From NCBI RefSeq assembly GCF_000485595.1, contig NW_014577089.1, forward strand, positions 739,283 through 803,282: a stretch of DNA of 64,000 bases, written 5' to 3'. This document shows positions 1 through 12,385 of the stretch, piece by piece. The notes under the pieces are model-generated. The model was not told the DNA's origin. It was given only the letters and a program-made list of their open reading frames with translations, and did no database searches. This DNA comes from Priapulus caudatus. Lineage: Eukaryota. The position numbers were made by a program, and so were the translations under genes. Every line of letters begins with the position of its first letter. The stretch's first letter is position 1.

Positions 1-2
1 GC

Positions 3-140
3 ATGCACCATTATTATTACCTTACTTTTATTATTACCAATCACTGTTATTATTACCATGCACCATTATTATTACCTTACTTTTATTATTACCAATCACT
101 GTTATTATTACCATGCACCATTATTATTATGCACCATTAT
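3..140. repeat. ~54-bp AT-rich tandem repeat (about 2.5 copies) in TMEM67 intron 1
   Basis: Unit catgcaccattattattaccttacttttattattaccaatcactgttattattac repeats directly from the window start. Confidence 0.8.
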
Positions 141-142
141 AG

Positions 143-1143
143 CCACAGGCACTTGGAACGTCTCAATAAAAAAAATTAATGGTAAATAAACACGAAATGT
201 ACCAAAGTCTTAATGTTTCTCTACTCTATTTCGCCTATAATCACCTGCAAATGCCGGTCAAATGCTCATCTGCAACACACAAGTACACCGCACGCCCTCC
301 CTGCGGCGCACAAACAACACGAATAAGAGAGCAGGTAGGAAAGCGTGATCGCAAAATTCGCTCGACGCTCGCTTCATTTCACACGATAACAGAACGAAAA
401 CACATCCAACAGCTCCCATCTTGGTATCTATGTGTACATAAATGTCACTTGTTCAAATTATACCTCTTGCCTTTGTTCTTACCTACTCCCGCCGGAGACA
501 TCTCGTGAAATCATGCAGGAAATGTTCTCTCCGTGAAAATGTAAAGAGGACGAGATTTCTGTTTATACACGAGTAATGGGGCGCATTGCATTCCGGGATG
601 AGCTGCTGCCGGCTTTCGAGCTCCGTTTCGAGGCCCACCAAGCCAAGCACAATGCGCGCGGGCATGACGTCACACACACACGACTACAGCGATCGATCGA
701 AAGTAGCGCCGTTAGGGATTTTCGAATGATACGTCCTTTACATTTTCACGGAAAGAACATTTCCTGCAGGATTTCACGAGATATCTCTGGCGGGAGTAGG
801 TAAGAACGAAGGCAAGAGTTATAATTTGAACAAGTGAACATTTATGTACCTACACATAGATACCAAGATGAGAGCTGTTGGATGTGCTTTCGTTCTGTGA
901 TTGTGTGAAATGAAGCGAGCGTCGAGCGAATTTTGCGATCACGCTTTCCTACCTGCTCTCTTATTCATGTTGTTTGTGCGCCGCAGGGCGGGCGTGCGGT
1001 GTACTTGTGTGTTGCAGATGAGCATTTGACCGGCATTTACAGGTAATTATAGGCGAAATAGAGTAGACAAACATTAAGACTTTGGTACATTTCGTGTTTA
1101 TTTACCATTAATTTTTTTATTGAGACGTTCCAAGTGCCTGTGG
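143..1143. mobile_element. ~1-kb foldback (long-TIR) non-autonomous DNA element
   Basis: Arms ~143-552 and ~732-1143 are near-perfect reverse complements (ccacaggcacttggaacgtctcaat...attgagacgttccaagtgcctgtgg). A diverged copy of one arm lies at ~56230-56410. Confidence 0.85.
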
Positions 1144-1178
1144 CTGTGGAGTACCGGGTACTGTACTGACTGTCATAC

Positions 1179-1368
1179 CTCCGTCCGATTTTGAATTTGT
1201 TGAATTTCCAGGGCATTTTTGACAATCGAGTTTTGTAATATCATAATAAGTACTATCTTTACAATTCTTAGGAACGACATATGCAAAATCGTTATTTGCT
1301 GAGACGTAGAGAATTTTCAGAACGATAATAACGTACATAAACACAACTAATAACAATTTTCCCGCCAT
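1179..1368 (-). CDS. TMEM67: Meckelin (TMEM67/MKS3) first coding exon; gene continues beyond the left window edge
   Basis: MAGKLLLVVFMYVIIVLKILYVSA signal peptide, then NNDFAYVVPKNCKDSTYYDITKLDCQKCPGNSTNSKSDG, which matches the meckelin Cys-rich N-terminus (F.F..P..C...QYFDIS.L.C..C). ATG context aagATGg; phase-1 donor G|GTATGA at 1178. Confidence 0.8.
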
Positions 1369-1803
1369 CTTTAAACAACGCAGCTTTGGCAGCCTACCAC
1401 AGCACATGTGTCTCGCAGTATCCTATAGTATAATGGTATAACAAAGGGTATAATCATGGGTATAATCATAGAGTTATATATTAGACCCCATGAGTATATT
1501 TATACAACTCTATGGGTATAATACACCCAGAGTATATAAATATATTTATATGCTCTAATACACCATGTCCATAGGAATACACTTTATTAAATCTTTGCAT
1601 GTAATTCAAATACAAGTACATGTACTGAGAACAGTCTTTTTCATGGAGAAAAAACCTTATTTAAATGCAATAGTGTTGATCAATTAAAATGATAAAAAAA
1701 TTTTAGTGATACAGTACAAAAGTACACACATCAGTACCATAAATTCTAACATATACGTAGTACACAACTACATTTTTTGTTATTTATAATGCACGTTTTG
1801 ATG

Positions 1804-1873
1804 TAGCTCTAGTACTATAGCCCGCGTACAGTTGCCGCAGGCCACTGTACGCGGGCTATAGTTACTAGAGCTA
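1804..1873. mobile_element. 70-bp hairpin MITE with 9-bp TSD (Mutator-like)
   Basis: tagctctagtactatagcccgcgtacagt...actgtacgcgggctatagttactagagcta, flanked by gttttgatg at 1795-1803 and 1874-1882. Confidence 0.8.
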
Positions 1874-4089
1874 GTTTTGATGAATCTATTTTAAAATTGA
1901 TTCATGTTTACAAATGTAAACAAATGTTTAAATCTGAAATTTTGCAGCCAAATTAGATTTGTTCCCTCTCTCTGTCGGCCCTAAACATAGACGTATTATA
2001 AAGTTTCACTATTAGCATCATACCTATGATTAGCATAAACAAATTAATAATAATAATATTAAAATATAGACAGGGTATCGACCTATAGCAAATGTAGCAC
2101 GGAAGAAATCTCTGCCCGTAGGTCCGTTTACGGTCCGATACTATTCGATACTACTCGCAAAGCGGCCATTTGCATTGTTGTAGATATTTATCGAAGAGGT
2201 ACGGCGATATCAAGGTGAAAACGATTTGAAAACAGGTGTTATTCGCTGCTACCCGCATATGAGCATTTACCCGATATATTTCATATATATCAGAGCCATT
2301 TATGGTAAGAATTAAAATGGTTTGATATTGTTCTTTTATAAGTAAAAGGAATTTCAAAATCCTCTACGCCCTACTCCTTTTGTTTGAAAATGGCATGGTC
2401 ACCATGATGATGGTGTGCGCGCGAGACAGTCTAATTTATTCTAATAAGTAATAGTAATAGGTTAAACAAATGTTCGCTTGGGGCTGCTTGGTAGAACGTA
2501 CATGTTGAGGGATGAAAATTAGTTTTGATAAAAATATGTTCACAGCATTAAACAAGACAATAATTTCTGGAGTGATGAATTTCTCACTAATCTCGCCCTG
2601 GGCATGCCGCATGGTCATGCTGTACATCATGATTTAAAACTATTTAGAAAAAAACCACCTATTATTTCTACTACATGTCATCAGTCATGAGTGCGTTGCA
2701 ATCGGAGACAGCGTGATTGTCTGTAAGTGCGTTACGGCTATGTATGGAAGAATTTAAGGAGTTTGCGGACTCCTGCTGATGTCGGCGTGGAAAATACCTT
2801 TTACTTTTAGGCTTTAAAATGTAAAATAGGCTGATGGACCTTTTGTGCAGAATGTTGTGTTATAATCATGCACACAACTCAACAAATATAATATATTATG
2901 CGAGATTGCCACCTTCACATGTCACCTGGAGAATTGGCAGAGCTATAATTATATTTATAACTTAATATACCATTAATGGTAAAGTAAAATAGTGTGATAA
3001 ACATGTCAATTTGGTATATTTATGCAATAACTTCACAAATTCAAAAGGTTTTTTTGGCTATCGGTTCTTGTGGACAATCGCATCCTTAAATCAAATCCAG
3101 TGGTATAATGGTAGAAAACTATCTTTGATTTGTGCATTAATGAAAGTTATTGCGTGAAATTACCAAGTTAACACACTTTTACCCCATTATATTACTCCAA
3201 CATTAAAGCCCTGTAAGTTCTGCAGGGAGTTATGTTTGTCTGAAGTTGACAAATGGCATAGTTTATTAGGTTGGTTGTGTGCATGATGAAACAAGCCACC
3301 CTTATTGCTGACCTTGTACATGTTTACAATATTTACCATATTTGTCACGTATTTTGTAATTGTAGTAATGTGTAAATGTTTGTCTTCATCTTGCACTGGA
3401 AATCTTCTTCCAATGTATGTCTTAAGGGTAAGCGTGGGGAAAATTTATGTATCATTAATCAATTTCTTAGTTAGCTCCAAGAAACGGTCATACATCGAAT
3501 GACCATCTCAAATCTTGCCATGAAAAACTCGTAGTTGGCTCAGTTTCCAAACATTGCCATAGCTAGCACCACTTAAAATAGCTCGAAATGATTCAATAAA
3601 CACCTGGCTTGCTTGCAATAACACAGTGCTACTGTTCATTGCATACTTACCAAGTTATTCCCTTTTTAATTAGGCAAGTAGAATAACAGTGTGATTAGCA
3701 TTTCGATTTTAACTTTTTAATGGTGTAATTTCGGGTTTTCGAAACCCAATGGCATTTGGAATTTGGTTGTCTATTTTGTTCGCATCATGAAATTTATAGT
3801 TTATATAGCAAAGTGAGGTATAAATTATAATGACTCTGAAATACTACTATAACGCCATGATTAAAAGTAATGTAAAACAAGTAAAAAATGATCAGATAAT
3901 GATTTTATCTGCTCTGGCTATTTCTCTGTGTGTTAAAATCTAACATTCAATGCTTTTCTGTTGTCTAGACTAACCGAGTTCGAGCTAGACTTAGCAGGCT
4001 GTTATTGTGTCTTAATAGATCCTAATTATTTCTAAGTTAACATTTTTACGAACATCCGTAACTTTATTTATGATAACACGAAACTTTAA

Positions 4090-4340
4090 ACTGATTATTG
4101 CAAGATTTTTGCTCAGAAAAACGAAATATAGCTGAATATAGTCTTACCTGACAACGGAAATATCACTGATTACACCATCATTAAAAGCACTAAGAATTTA
4201 TGCAGTTGTAGCATAGAAAAATGGATTTGACCACATCGTAACAGCAATAAATTTTATCGTATGCCGACTCACAAAATCACAAATGGCGCCTTCAAAACAA
4301 GTGCACATAATTAAAACAAAGGGGCATGTATTTGTGTGTG
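4090..4340. repeat. Dispersed repeat; inverted copy at ~39000-39250
   Basis: gatttttgctcagaaaaacgaaatatagctgaatatagtc...aaggggcatgtatttgtgtgtgc recurs as the reverse complement in a VPS35 intron. Confidence 0.75.
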
Positions 4341-5494
4341 CATTCACTTCAACCATATTTATTCTTTCTCCAAATGATCCTCTTCTAACCACATCAACCC
4401 TTAGCCCTATTATTATATTTACTTTTACCCATCACGTATGTCTCATCTCCATCCTTTCTTCCTTGTACCCATTGTAATGGCCTTTTTCCTGAATCAATCT
4501 CTTCTGGCGGATGTCTACCTCATTTTGCCTCCTGTATACCCAATCTACTTCTGCTCTACATGTTTTTGACCTAAAATTGTGTGAAACTTGTTCATGTATC
4601 CTACCTGTGAGCTCATACATGTTAAAAATAATTGCATTTAACCCTGTCCATGTTTAATTAACTGATTATATATTGGGTATCGCTATTTTCACAAGATTTT
4701 CAGCAAATTCAAGTCTTGACAAAGTAGGGCTGCGGGGAGTAGTGTTTAAATTTATATGGTTGTATAATACACATATATGTTGTTGCAAACTCGTACTTGA
4801 GTGACCAGTACGTACCACACCATAGCACCACACAGAACACAATGTACACAATACAAACACTTAAACCAAGTGATCGTAACTCTAAAGGTTTGCTGCACAT
4901 TACTCACATACTTGTAACATTTTATCAATATTAATAGTGTAGACATGCCCACGGTAACGATATCTAAGCATTTCATTGCAAGGTTTCTCTATTTTTTACC
5001 ACACTGTAGTTATTTGTTAACAAACAAAATATAATGACAAAATTTATTCACTTAACAAACCAGTAACCAAGACATTATGGAACAAACTAGGGGTGTAACG
5101 ATTCACCAATGCCCACAATGCGGTAATCAATTGGCAGCATTCGTATACTCATGTGATACGGTTAATAAAACACTAAATAAGGTAAGCCAAACTATTTAAT
5201 GAAGTACATACAGTATATCTATTCATGTTCTAAGTACATGAATATTATTTTATAAACCTCCACGCTCAGTGTAACGTAAATATCCTAAGCTGTTGTAGAA
5301 ATCTTGGTCAATATATGTGGTGCCAAATTGCAGCAGAATTTGTTAACACAGCACATTCAAGACTGCTAATTGACTGGTGTGCATCGTTACTACGCACGTA
5401 CTGAAGCAGGGTTTCTTATACATAAGAGGCACAGTGGTGCACCGCCGTTGTGAAAATGTTTCTGTATTTACTGATAAGTATATCTTGTATCTAT

Positions 5495-5758
5495 TAGGGC
5501 TGTAACGATCCACCGAAATATACTGTGGAGTGTTACTCACCAATGTTACTCAGTGGCTGTGCAGTGTACATATACTCTCTAGACTCTCTAGTCTATTCAC
5601 CATTTAGTATTCATTGGCAATTTCTAATAATTTATTATTGCAAAATAATGAATATATATAAAAAATAAGATAACATTTCAATATTTTGGGAATCGAATCG
5701 AGAGGCTAATATCGAGAACCGGATCGAATCGAGAGGCTTGTGTATCGTTACAGCCCTA
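5495..5758. mobile_element. hAT-type MITE, 8-bp TSD
   Basis: tagggctgtaacgat...atcgttacagcccta with perfect TSD gtatctat on both sides. Confidence 0.85.
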
Positions 5759-6057
5759 GTATCTATATACCTATAAGTATACCAATACATCCTGTATTTG
5801 AATCCATCGTGCGTTTTTTCCCCAAACAGCAAACTGGCCATTACCTCTGTCTAATTTTCCCTCAGAAGAAACCCTGTTAAGCACTGTATGGCGAGCTAAT
5901 GAGTAGAGCTATTAATTAGAACTCCGAACCCAAATCACTCAGAACTTCTTGATGTGTTTTAGCTATAAAAATGTATAGTAATTAATAACTTACTTTATCA
6001 TAATACGTTTTTGTTCTGAAGTTATTGGAATACATATATATTATAATATTAGAATAA

Positions 6058-7588
6058 CAGGGGTCGAAATAAGCGATGGTCCGATAGTCCAGGGCCATCA
6101 AATAATCGGGAGGACCATCAAATTTTCAAAGTCAATAGTCCGACGGACCATTGAATATTTTGGTCCCATACGGTAATTTTCTTTGAAGTTTCCACGTTTC
6201 GATTATTTCTAATCCAGTGTTGACCATAGCAAATATTTGGCATGATGTAAGCTGGTGCGTGATTGGTCAGATTGTCCCTCTTCCTGTTTTGATTGTGATG
6301 ACTTCTGGTGGCAGGGTTCGAATTTTGGCTGAAAATCTAGTGGACAGTAGGACCACCAACTTCAGAAAGTCGGTGGTCCTGCACAAAAGTTCGTGGTCCG
6401 CTTATTTACTAGCAGTGAGCACTGAGTAACAAAATGGTATATACAAATAACCATAAGGCATTGGCATTAGCAGCATACATGTAACATAGAGTTGGTCAAA
6501 TAATATATTTCAAGCTCTAGGAATGTTGGGGGAGCTTCTGGGAAAAGTTTTACTTTCGTTTTTCTCCTCCCCAGTCCTGGGTACCCCCATTCATAGATTA
6601 ATGCTGCCGCACATCCGCAAAGTTGCAAGTGCCTAGAATCTTGAAGTATATACAGTTTACATTGCTTCTAGATATCTAACTGAATTAAAATAGTCCACTT
6701 TCTACGTAAAGAAAAGGAACGAATTCAATTAACAGCTTTGATTACGTGCGTGTCAGGTGTCACTGGTCGTGCCCTCACTCCCCACAATAACCCCTGCGAC
6801 AAATGAACTTATTGTTATGCGGTCATAAAAAACACTGGGCTACGCTACATGCTGCAATCGATTGCTTAGACTGTCACGAGGTTTTGTTCGTGTGGCGAAT
6901 CATGATTGGAGGATGTATTGGATACCCCGTCTACGTTCAGGAACGGAGCGTATTAGAATGCACTCCCATTTACAAGACTGTCTAAACTGCCGTTGCGATA
7001 ACCGTAGTATTTCAGTGTAATATGAGGGGGAAAAATGCGGGTCAGGAGGACCGGCAGTTTCGTAGAGGTGGTGGCCGAAGCAAAAACTTGGTGGCCTCGG
7101 GCCTCCGGATCGGCACTAATTTCGAACGCTGTTTGGTGGACAACCAAGCAGCGTCTTCCTCGTTAGGTTGAAAAGGATGAAGAGGATATCATAGTGAGGA
7201 TTATGTTGAAGAGGAAGATGGACAAATATTAGATAAGATAGACATGATGGAGTGTGCCAAGAAGGTTTATAATCGCTTGAATGAACTGCTTGACTGAAGG
7301 AATGTTATTAAATGAATGAATGTGCTTCTAAGAAATATTTGAGACATACTATGTTCCGGTGTTATGGGTTCAACTAAATTCTACTGAAACAACTTTATTA
7401 AAACCAATATACTATTAAAGTGAATAAACAATTACTGTATCGTTTGATACATTTATTGTAGGTGAATAATTAAACCATTTTATCACCATGTAAAATCTCT
7501 CTTACATTTGCACTTTTAGAGAACAATTTGAAATGTAGGAGGACCATCTAAATTTCAAACTATTTTTTTCTCCTTATTTCTACCCCTG
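6058..7588. mobile_element. CAGGGG...CCCCTG hAT-like element with 6-bp TSD; internally deleted inverted copy at 32881-33223
   Basis: caggggtcgaaataag...cttatttctacccctg, flanked by gaataa on both sides; subterminal ggacca repeats; both ends are shared with 32881-33223. Confidence 0.75.
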
Positions 7589-8208
7589 GAATAACATTAG
7601 AATTTTACCATTCATGTGTACATCAAACCATAATATTAACCAATCGGACACGGAGTACACCAGAGTCGCTGGTGTTTAATGTGTAGCAACCAAGGCCTGT
7701 TGTCATAAACAAAATTAGTCTTAACAATAGTCGTAACATCAACTATACAATCGTTATATATAATATAACAATTATAATAATCGTTACACCTCTATTGCAA
7801 ACAAGTGCAACATCTCACATATCATTGGCTCGGTACACCTCATAACCTACACAAATAAAATATGCCGGTACGAACGGAACAACTGAATGTGAAGTTCTGC
7901 GTGCAATTGGGGTGCTGGTTTGTGTCTCGCATTCAAACCAACAACGTTTTGAATCACTACTCTCTTATTTTACGGTTATCAACTTGTGTAGAGCATGGAG
8001 CTTTTGTGCCTTCACACTTTAAATCCCTGTGTGCATATCATATTGTTTTGTCTTCCATGAGCACTTCATCAAGAGCACTTTTTCATGAGCTTGTTTTGTC
8101 GTCTTTTCTTTACACACTTGGTATGGTGGAGAAGACTTATTTCACATCATAAAAATGTTCAATTGTAATTTCATCATTCACTCCTGATACATGTAAAATT
8201 GCACAATA

Positions 8209-9506
8209 CAGTAAAACTGGCATAAGTCGACACTTTTGGGACCAGCATATTTGTGTCGACTTACGAAAATGACATACGCATAAGTCGTCATTTTGTCGAC
8301 TTATATGTAGGGCTGCCCTCCCAGGCGCCCGTCACCCCTACGCAGTCATAAACATGCTCCGCACGTGACATCACTTTGCGCCACAGACATGAAGCAATCG
8401 GGTCCGCACATCAATCGACACCGCTGCTGGCCATAACGCACGTACATCGTACGCACTAGCGGCAAGCGCGGCGCACGCTGGCTATCTGTAACACCCGCTG
8501 TTGATTACACGTTTGGACAAACAATCGGTGCACAGCAACAACGACGTGTAAACTCAGTTGCGCGATCTACAGGCGATCGTCGTTCGACCTAAAGCGCACA
8601 TGTGCGACAGCCAGCTCGCACATCCACTAGACCGTACACTGCGCCCGCACGCGTCATCGGCATGTCTGATGACGACTTATAGATGGGAAATTACTGTTGT
8701 TTTGTATGACCTGTCTGAGGGCGACGACTTGTACATAATGACGACGTAGGCAGGACTATTCCAATGGATTTACTCACTGGCAGCAAGAACAAGTCGGCAC
8801 CTGCAGCTACAGCACACAAGCGGCCATTGACTATATATATAACAACATGGTGCCTAACTCGCCGCCGCACGGACCACAACTGACCATTTTCAATCAGTTA
8901 CAACTCCGGTGTTCCTGCAGGTGACGCCACTTTCCAACTATTGTTGGAATCGCGGAAGACTGCTCAACAAGCTACACCCGCCATTTTTGACAATCGGCCT
9001 GCCAGAATGCGCTCAAATCACAGAAATTCCTCAAATATCCATGCGAAATGAACCTTCGAATGCTACCTATGAAGAAGGCGGTTGGGCCGGCTGCGCTGAT
9101 TGGCTGCAGCAAGTTTAATGTGCAGACAGGCTGCGCAACTACGCACCTGACTTGCTGGCAGTTGCTGCAGCCAATCAGCGCAGCCGGCCCTGCCGCCTTC
9201 ATAGGTAGCATTCAAAGGATTATTGAGCAGTCTTCCGCGATTCCAACAATAGTTGGAAAGTGGCGTCACCTGCAGGAATACCGGAGTTGTAACTGATTGA
9301 AAACGGTGAGTTGTGGTCCGTGCGGCGGCGAGTTAGGCACCATGTTGTTATATATAGTCAATGGCCGCGTGTGTGCTGTAGCGGCAGGTGCCGACTTGTT
9401 CTTGCTGCCAGTGGATTTACTATGTGAGAAAATCGGGACTTTGACTTCCATGACGACTTATGCGAATTGAAGAGTGAGATGATGACGACTTATGCAAATT
9501 TTACTG
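8209..9506. mobile_element. Tc1/mariner(pogo/Tigger)-like non-autonomous element with TA TSD
   Basis: TA|cagtaaaactggcataagtcgac...gacgacttatgcaaattttactg|TA; subterminal gacgacttat repeats. Confidence 0.75.
8775..9413. mobile_element. Foldback element with 8-bp TSD nested in the mariner-like element; has a second internal hairpin (~9058-9213)
   Basis: ~190-bp inverted arms cactggcagcaagaacaagtcggcacc...ggtgccgacttgttcttgctgccagtg; TSD gatttact at 8767-8774 and 9414-9421. Confidence 0.85.
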
Positions 9507-10163
9507 TATTATAATCTGTACGTAACATCTAATTATGTGTTCATCAGTGGTAAATATTTCTTTACTCCTCATGTTCATGAAATCTACTGCATATTTATGT
9601 GTTGCTAAGTCTTTATTCTAGCAGCTGAGCAATCATGCTCCTACTCAGCAGTCATGTTTTTAACAGTTCGATTACTTGCACGTTTACTGATTACCTTAAA
9701 TTCTGCGGATGACTGTGACAAACCAGGTAATCAAACTTCTCATGTTAGCAAAAATGCAGTGGTAGGTGTTTCAGGGCTTAAATTTCATCACTACTCGTAG
9801 CTTTACCTGTGTCTTTGTTGTGTTGTGTATATATGTGTCCCACTATGTTACACATTGCATTATATTAAAAAGAACATAAAAAAAAATACGGTTAAAAAAT
9901 AAATGACCTTCAAAACCATTTTTAAAATTTCCTTTTTTGGTTGCTTTTGCACCCATCCACCTTGCCATGGTTCCCTAAAATTTCTCTATAAACCAAAAGT
10001 GAAATATTGAACTCAAATTTATTATGTTGCCTAACTAATTTACGTAAAAATATGCATTAAAACTAGAAAATTATTTCACTTTAATGTACATCAGGAAACT
10101 ATTTCAGTTAAAATATTGACTAGGATAAGTGGCAGATTAAAATTTAACAGTAGTTCTTCATCA

Positions 10164-10460
10164 TTTTTAGCTCGCCTTGACATTGTCAAGATGAGCTATT
10201 GCTATATGGCGAAAACCAAAAAGGCGATCATTTAGCCGTAGCGCCATCTCGCCCAGATTTCAGACTTTCAGATCTGAAACATTTATTTTTGCATCAAAAC
10301 TAACCCTGAAACAAAACAGTAAAATTTCTATTAGTATAAAACGGAATAAAAACTTGATCACATTTCGGTCCGTCATAAATGAAACGTGCCCAATTTTAAA
10401 TATCATCTCCCTCTTCTATCACACACAAGGTGAGCTATAGTGTCATTGACACTTTCATTC
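10164..10460 (+). mobile_element. Helentron-associated HINE (pearl/DINE-like)
   Basis: ttttTAGCTCGCCTTG 5' end, 3' subterminal inverse CAAGGTGAGCTA followed by hairpin agtgtcattgacact and T-rich end. Confidence 0.65.
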
Positions 10461-10547
10461 TGTGTAAACGTATAGCTTTTTGTTATAGATGGCGTTACAT
10501 AGTTTATCAACATTTTAAGATAGTTTGTTTATTAGAAGGTTAGTAGG

Positions 10548-10684
10548 GCACGAAGGGTCGTTGTCGTATCAGGTACTACATATATGTACCCGAGGTAGTT
10601 TTAGGTTGTTTAGTATTATGTTTATATTTTTATATGAGGTATGTTTAGGGTTAGGGTTAGGGTACACTTCTGTAGTACAAGTCT
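10548..10684. mobile_element. Truncated GGGTC-terminus MITE carrying TTAGGG repeats
   Basis: gcacgaagggtcgttgtcgtatcaggtactaca...ttagggttagggttagggtacacttctgtagtacaagtct is the reverse complement of the right half of 55766-56007. Confidence 0.75.
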
Positions 10685-11368
10685 CTCACCAGTACAAAAT
10701 GTAGGCTATGGTTTCAATTCTATGTTAATGAATGAACTTACAAACATCGATAATTACATTTTCAATGGGAGACCCTCTGGTCCTGTGGGTGAGTCAAAAT
10801 GAAATTGGGAGGTATCACTGAATGGTGTGGTCAGTTTTTGGAGTATTTGTTATTTTAATAATACCATTGTTAGTGTTTACTCTCAGAATCAGTGGCACCA
10901 TTACTATTTTCTCTTGTAATTGCACACTGAACAAAGCAACATTAACTATATTCTGGCATTTAGTAAGTATGAAAAACGAAGAATCTCGTTTTTGTCAACA
11001 AGCAAGCGCTTATCCAAGAAGTCCTGTTTGACTTTGAATAATGTTCTGTCTTTACTCTCTGTCGCATGGCTTGCATGTCTTGGTAGTACCAGTTCCTGTC
11101 TCCTGTGTAACTTTTGCATCTCCTCGGCTTACTATGTTGTGATGTCAAATGTGACTGATGGCGTTAGAGGAATGGTTGCAGGACCAGCAGGCACTCCTTA
11201 TACATGGATCGCTGAGCGGAGAGTTGGCGGCACGTAAGCTTGGCAACCATCGATGCAAAGTCTAACTGTATATTGCTTTCTCTACACCAGGAAACAAGGG
11301 ATGCCAGAAGAAATGTTTCTCTCTATAATGGAATGACTACTTCATCGTTTTACACTTGTTTAATGACT

Positions 11369-11692
11369 TATTGTATCTTGGCGGGGATGCTATGGTTTCA
11401 TGTCTGTCCAGCCGCCGCTCGCCGCTGCAGACACTTTCCCTTCCACTCTATAACTCGACCCTTAATTGACCTAGCGCGACCAAACTTGCTATACTTACAC
11501 ATCTTGGGGAGAAGGTGTGCCGCGTACCGAAACCAGGTCACTGCGACCTTCCCTTCCCCTCCCCCTTCCTTTCCCTTTCCCTTCCCTGACCTAGCGCGAC
11601 CAAACTTGGTATACTTCATACATACTAGATTATTTCATTCACACTAGATCGCGAGGGATACATGTAGTTGGTGATAACTGCCATTTCTAGTT
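11369..11692 (+). mobile_element. Helentron-type HINE with ~150-bp core repeat (same family as 50265-50420 and 51227-51768)
   Basis: Core taattgacctagcgcgaccaaacttgctatacttacacatcttggggagaagg; 3' end gggatacat + hairpin gtagttggtgataactgc + ttctagtt. Confidence 0.75.
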
Positions 11693-12225
11693 CTATCTAT
11701 ATATACATAACTCTAGTATTTGTATAGGCTGCAAAATAATCATCACCCATAAATTTGTACAGTGTAGGACAAACGTAACCAGTCTAAAGTGAAAACTAGT
11801 AGATTAGTAGATGTCTACTAGATGAAAACTAGTAGATGTCTCCCATTCACTCTGATAATAAGATTCTAGTATATAAACCAAAAGGTCTGTATTATATTAG
11901 TAAAAATTTACAAATCATGCTGCGTACATATAATTATGAATGAACAAGATAGTTGTATTACTGTAAATGGTGACGTGATTCAAAAATGCATAAGTCAAAC
12001 AATGTATGCAATTTAGATTATAGGGTTTGGTTCTTAGTAAAGCAGTGCCCCATATTATTCTCATGAAATCTTGAAGTGTATAAGTACGAGGAAGTGTAAT
12101 TAATGGAATATGAGCACAAGATACATGTAGAGCCCTACGATTATAGGCTGCTACTACTACTAGTACTAGTAAAAGTACCTGGTACAGCACAGGGAAATGG
12201 GGTTGCGTAATTATAGTAGGTATTG

Positions 12226-12226
<1 letters not shown>

Positions 12227-12300
<74 letters not shown>

Positions 12301-12385
12301 NNNNNNNNNNGTGCGTGTGCAAGTGTGTGTGTGTGTGGGTGTGCGTGCGTGCACGTGTGCGTGTGTGCGTGCGTGAGTGCGTGTG
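12227..12385. repeat. (CT)n and (GT/GC)n microsatellites flanking an assembly gap (N10 at 12301-12310)
   Basis: Directly visible. Confidence 0.95.

Larger units (their letters stand above)
5088..7794. mobile_element. Outer hAT-like non-autonomous element (TAGGGGTGTAACGATT termini) containing two nested elements
   Basis: taggggtgtaacgatt at 5088 and aatcgttacacctcta ending at 7794; flanks gaacaaac/ttgcaaac form a degenerate 8-bp TSD. Confidence 0.5.

Noticed and set aside
179..803. ORFs in the foldback element as a transposase
   Set aside because: Short, lying in the TIR arms or spacer, with no DDE or DNA-binding motifs.
7150..7297. Acidic peptide-like stretch inside the 6058-7588 element as a transposase C-terminus
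   Set aside because: Plausible, but no diagnostic motif and no continuous frame.
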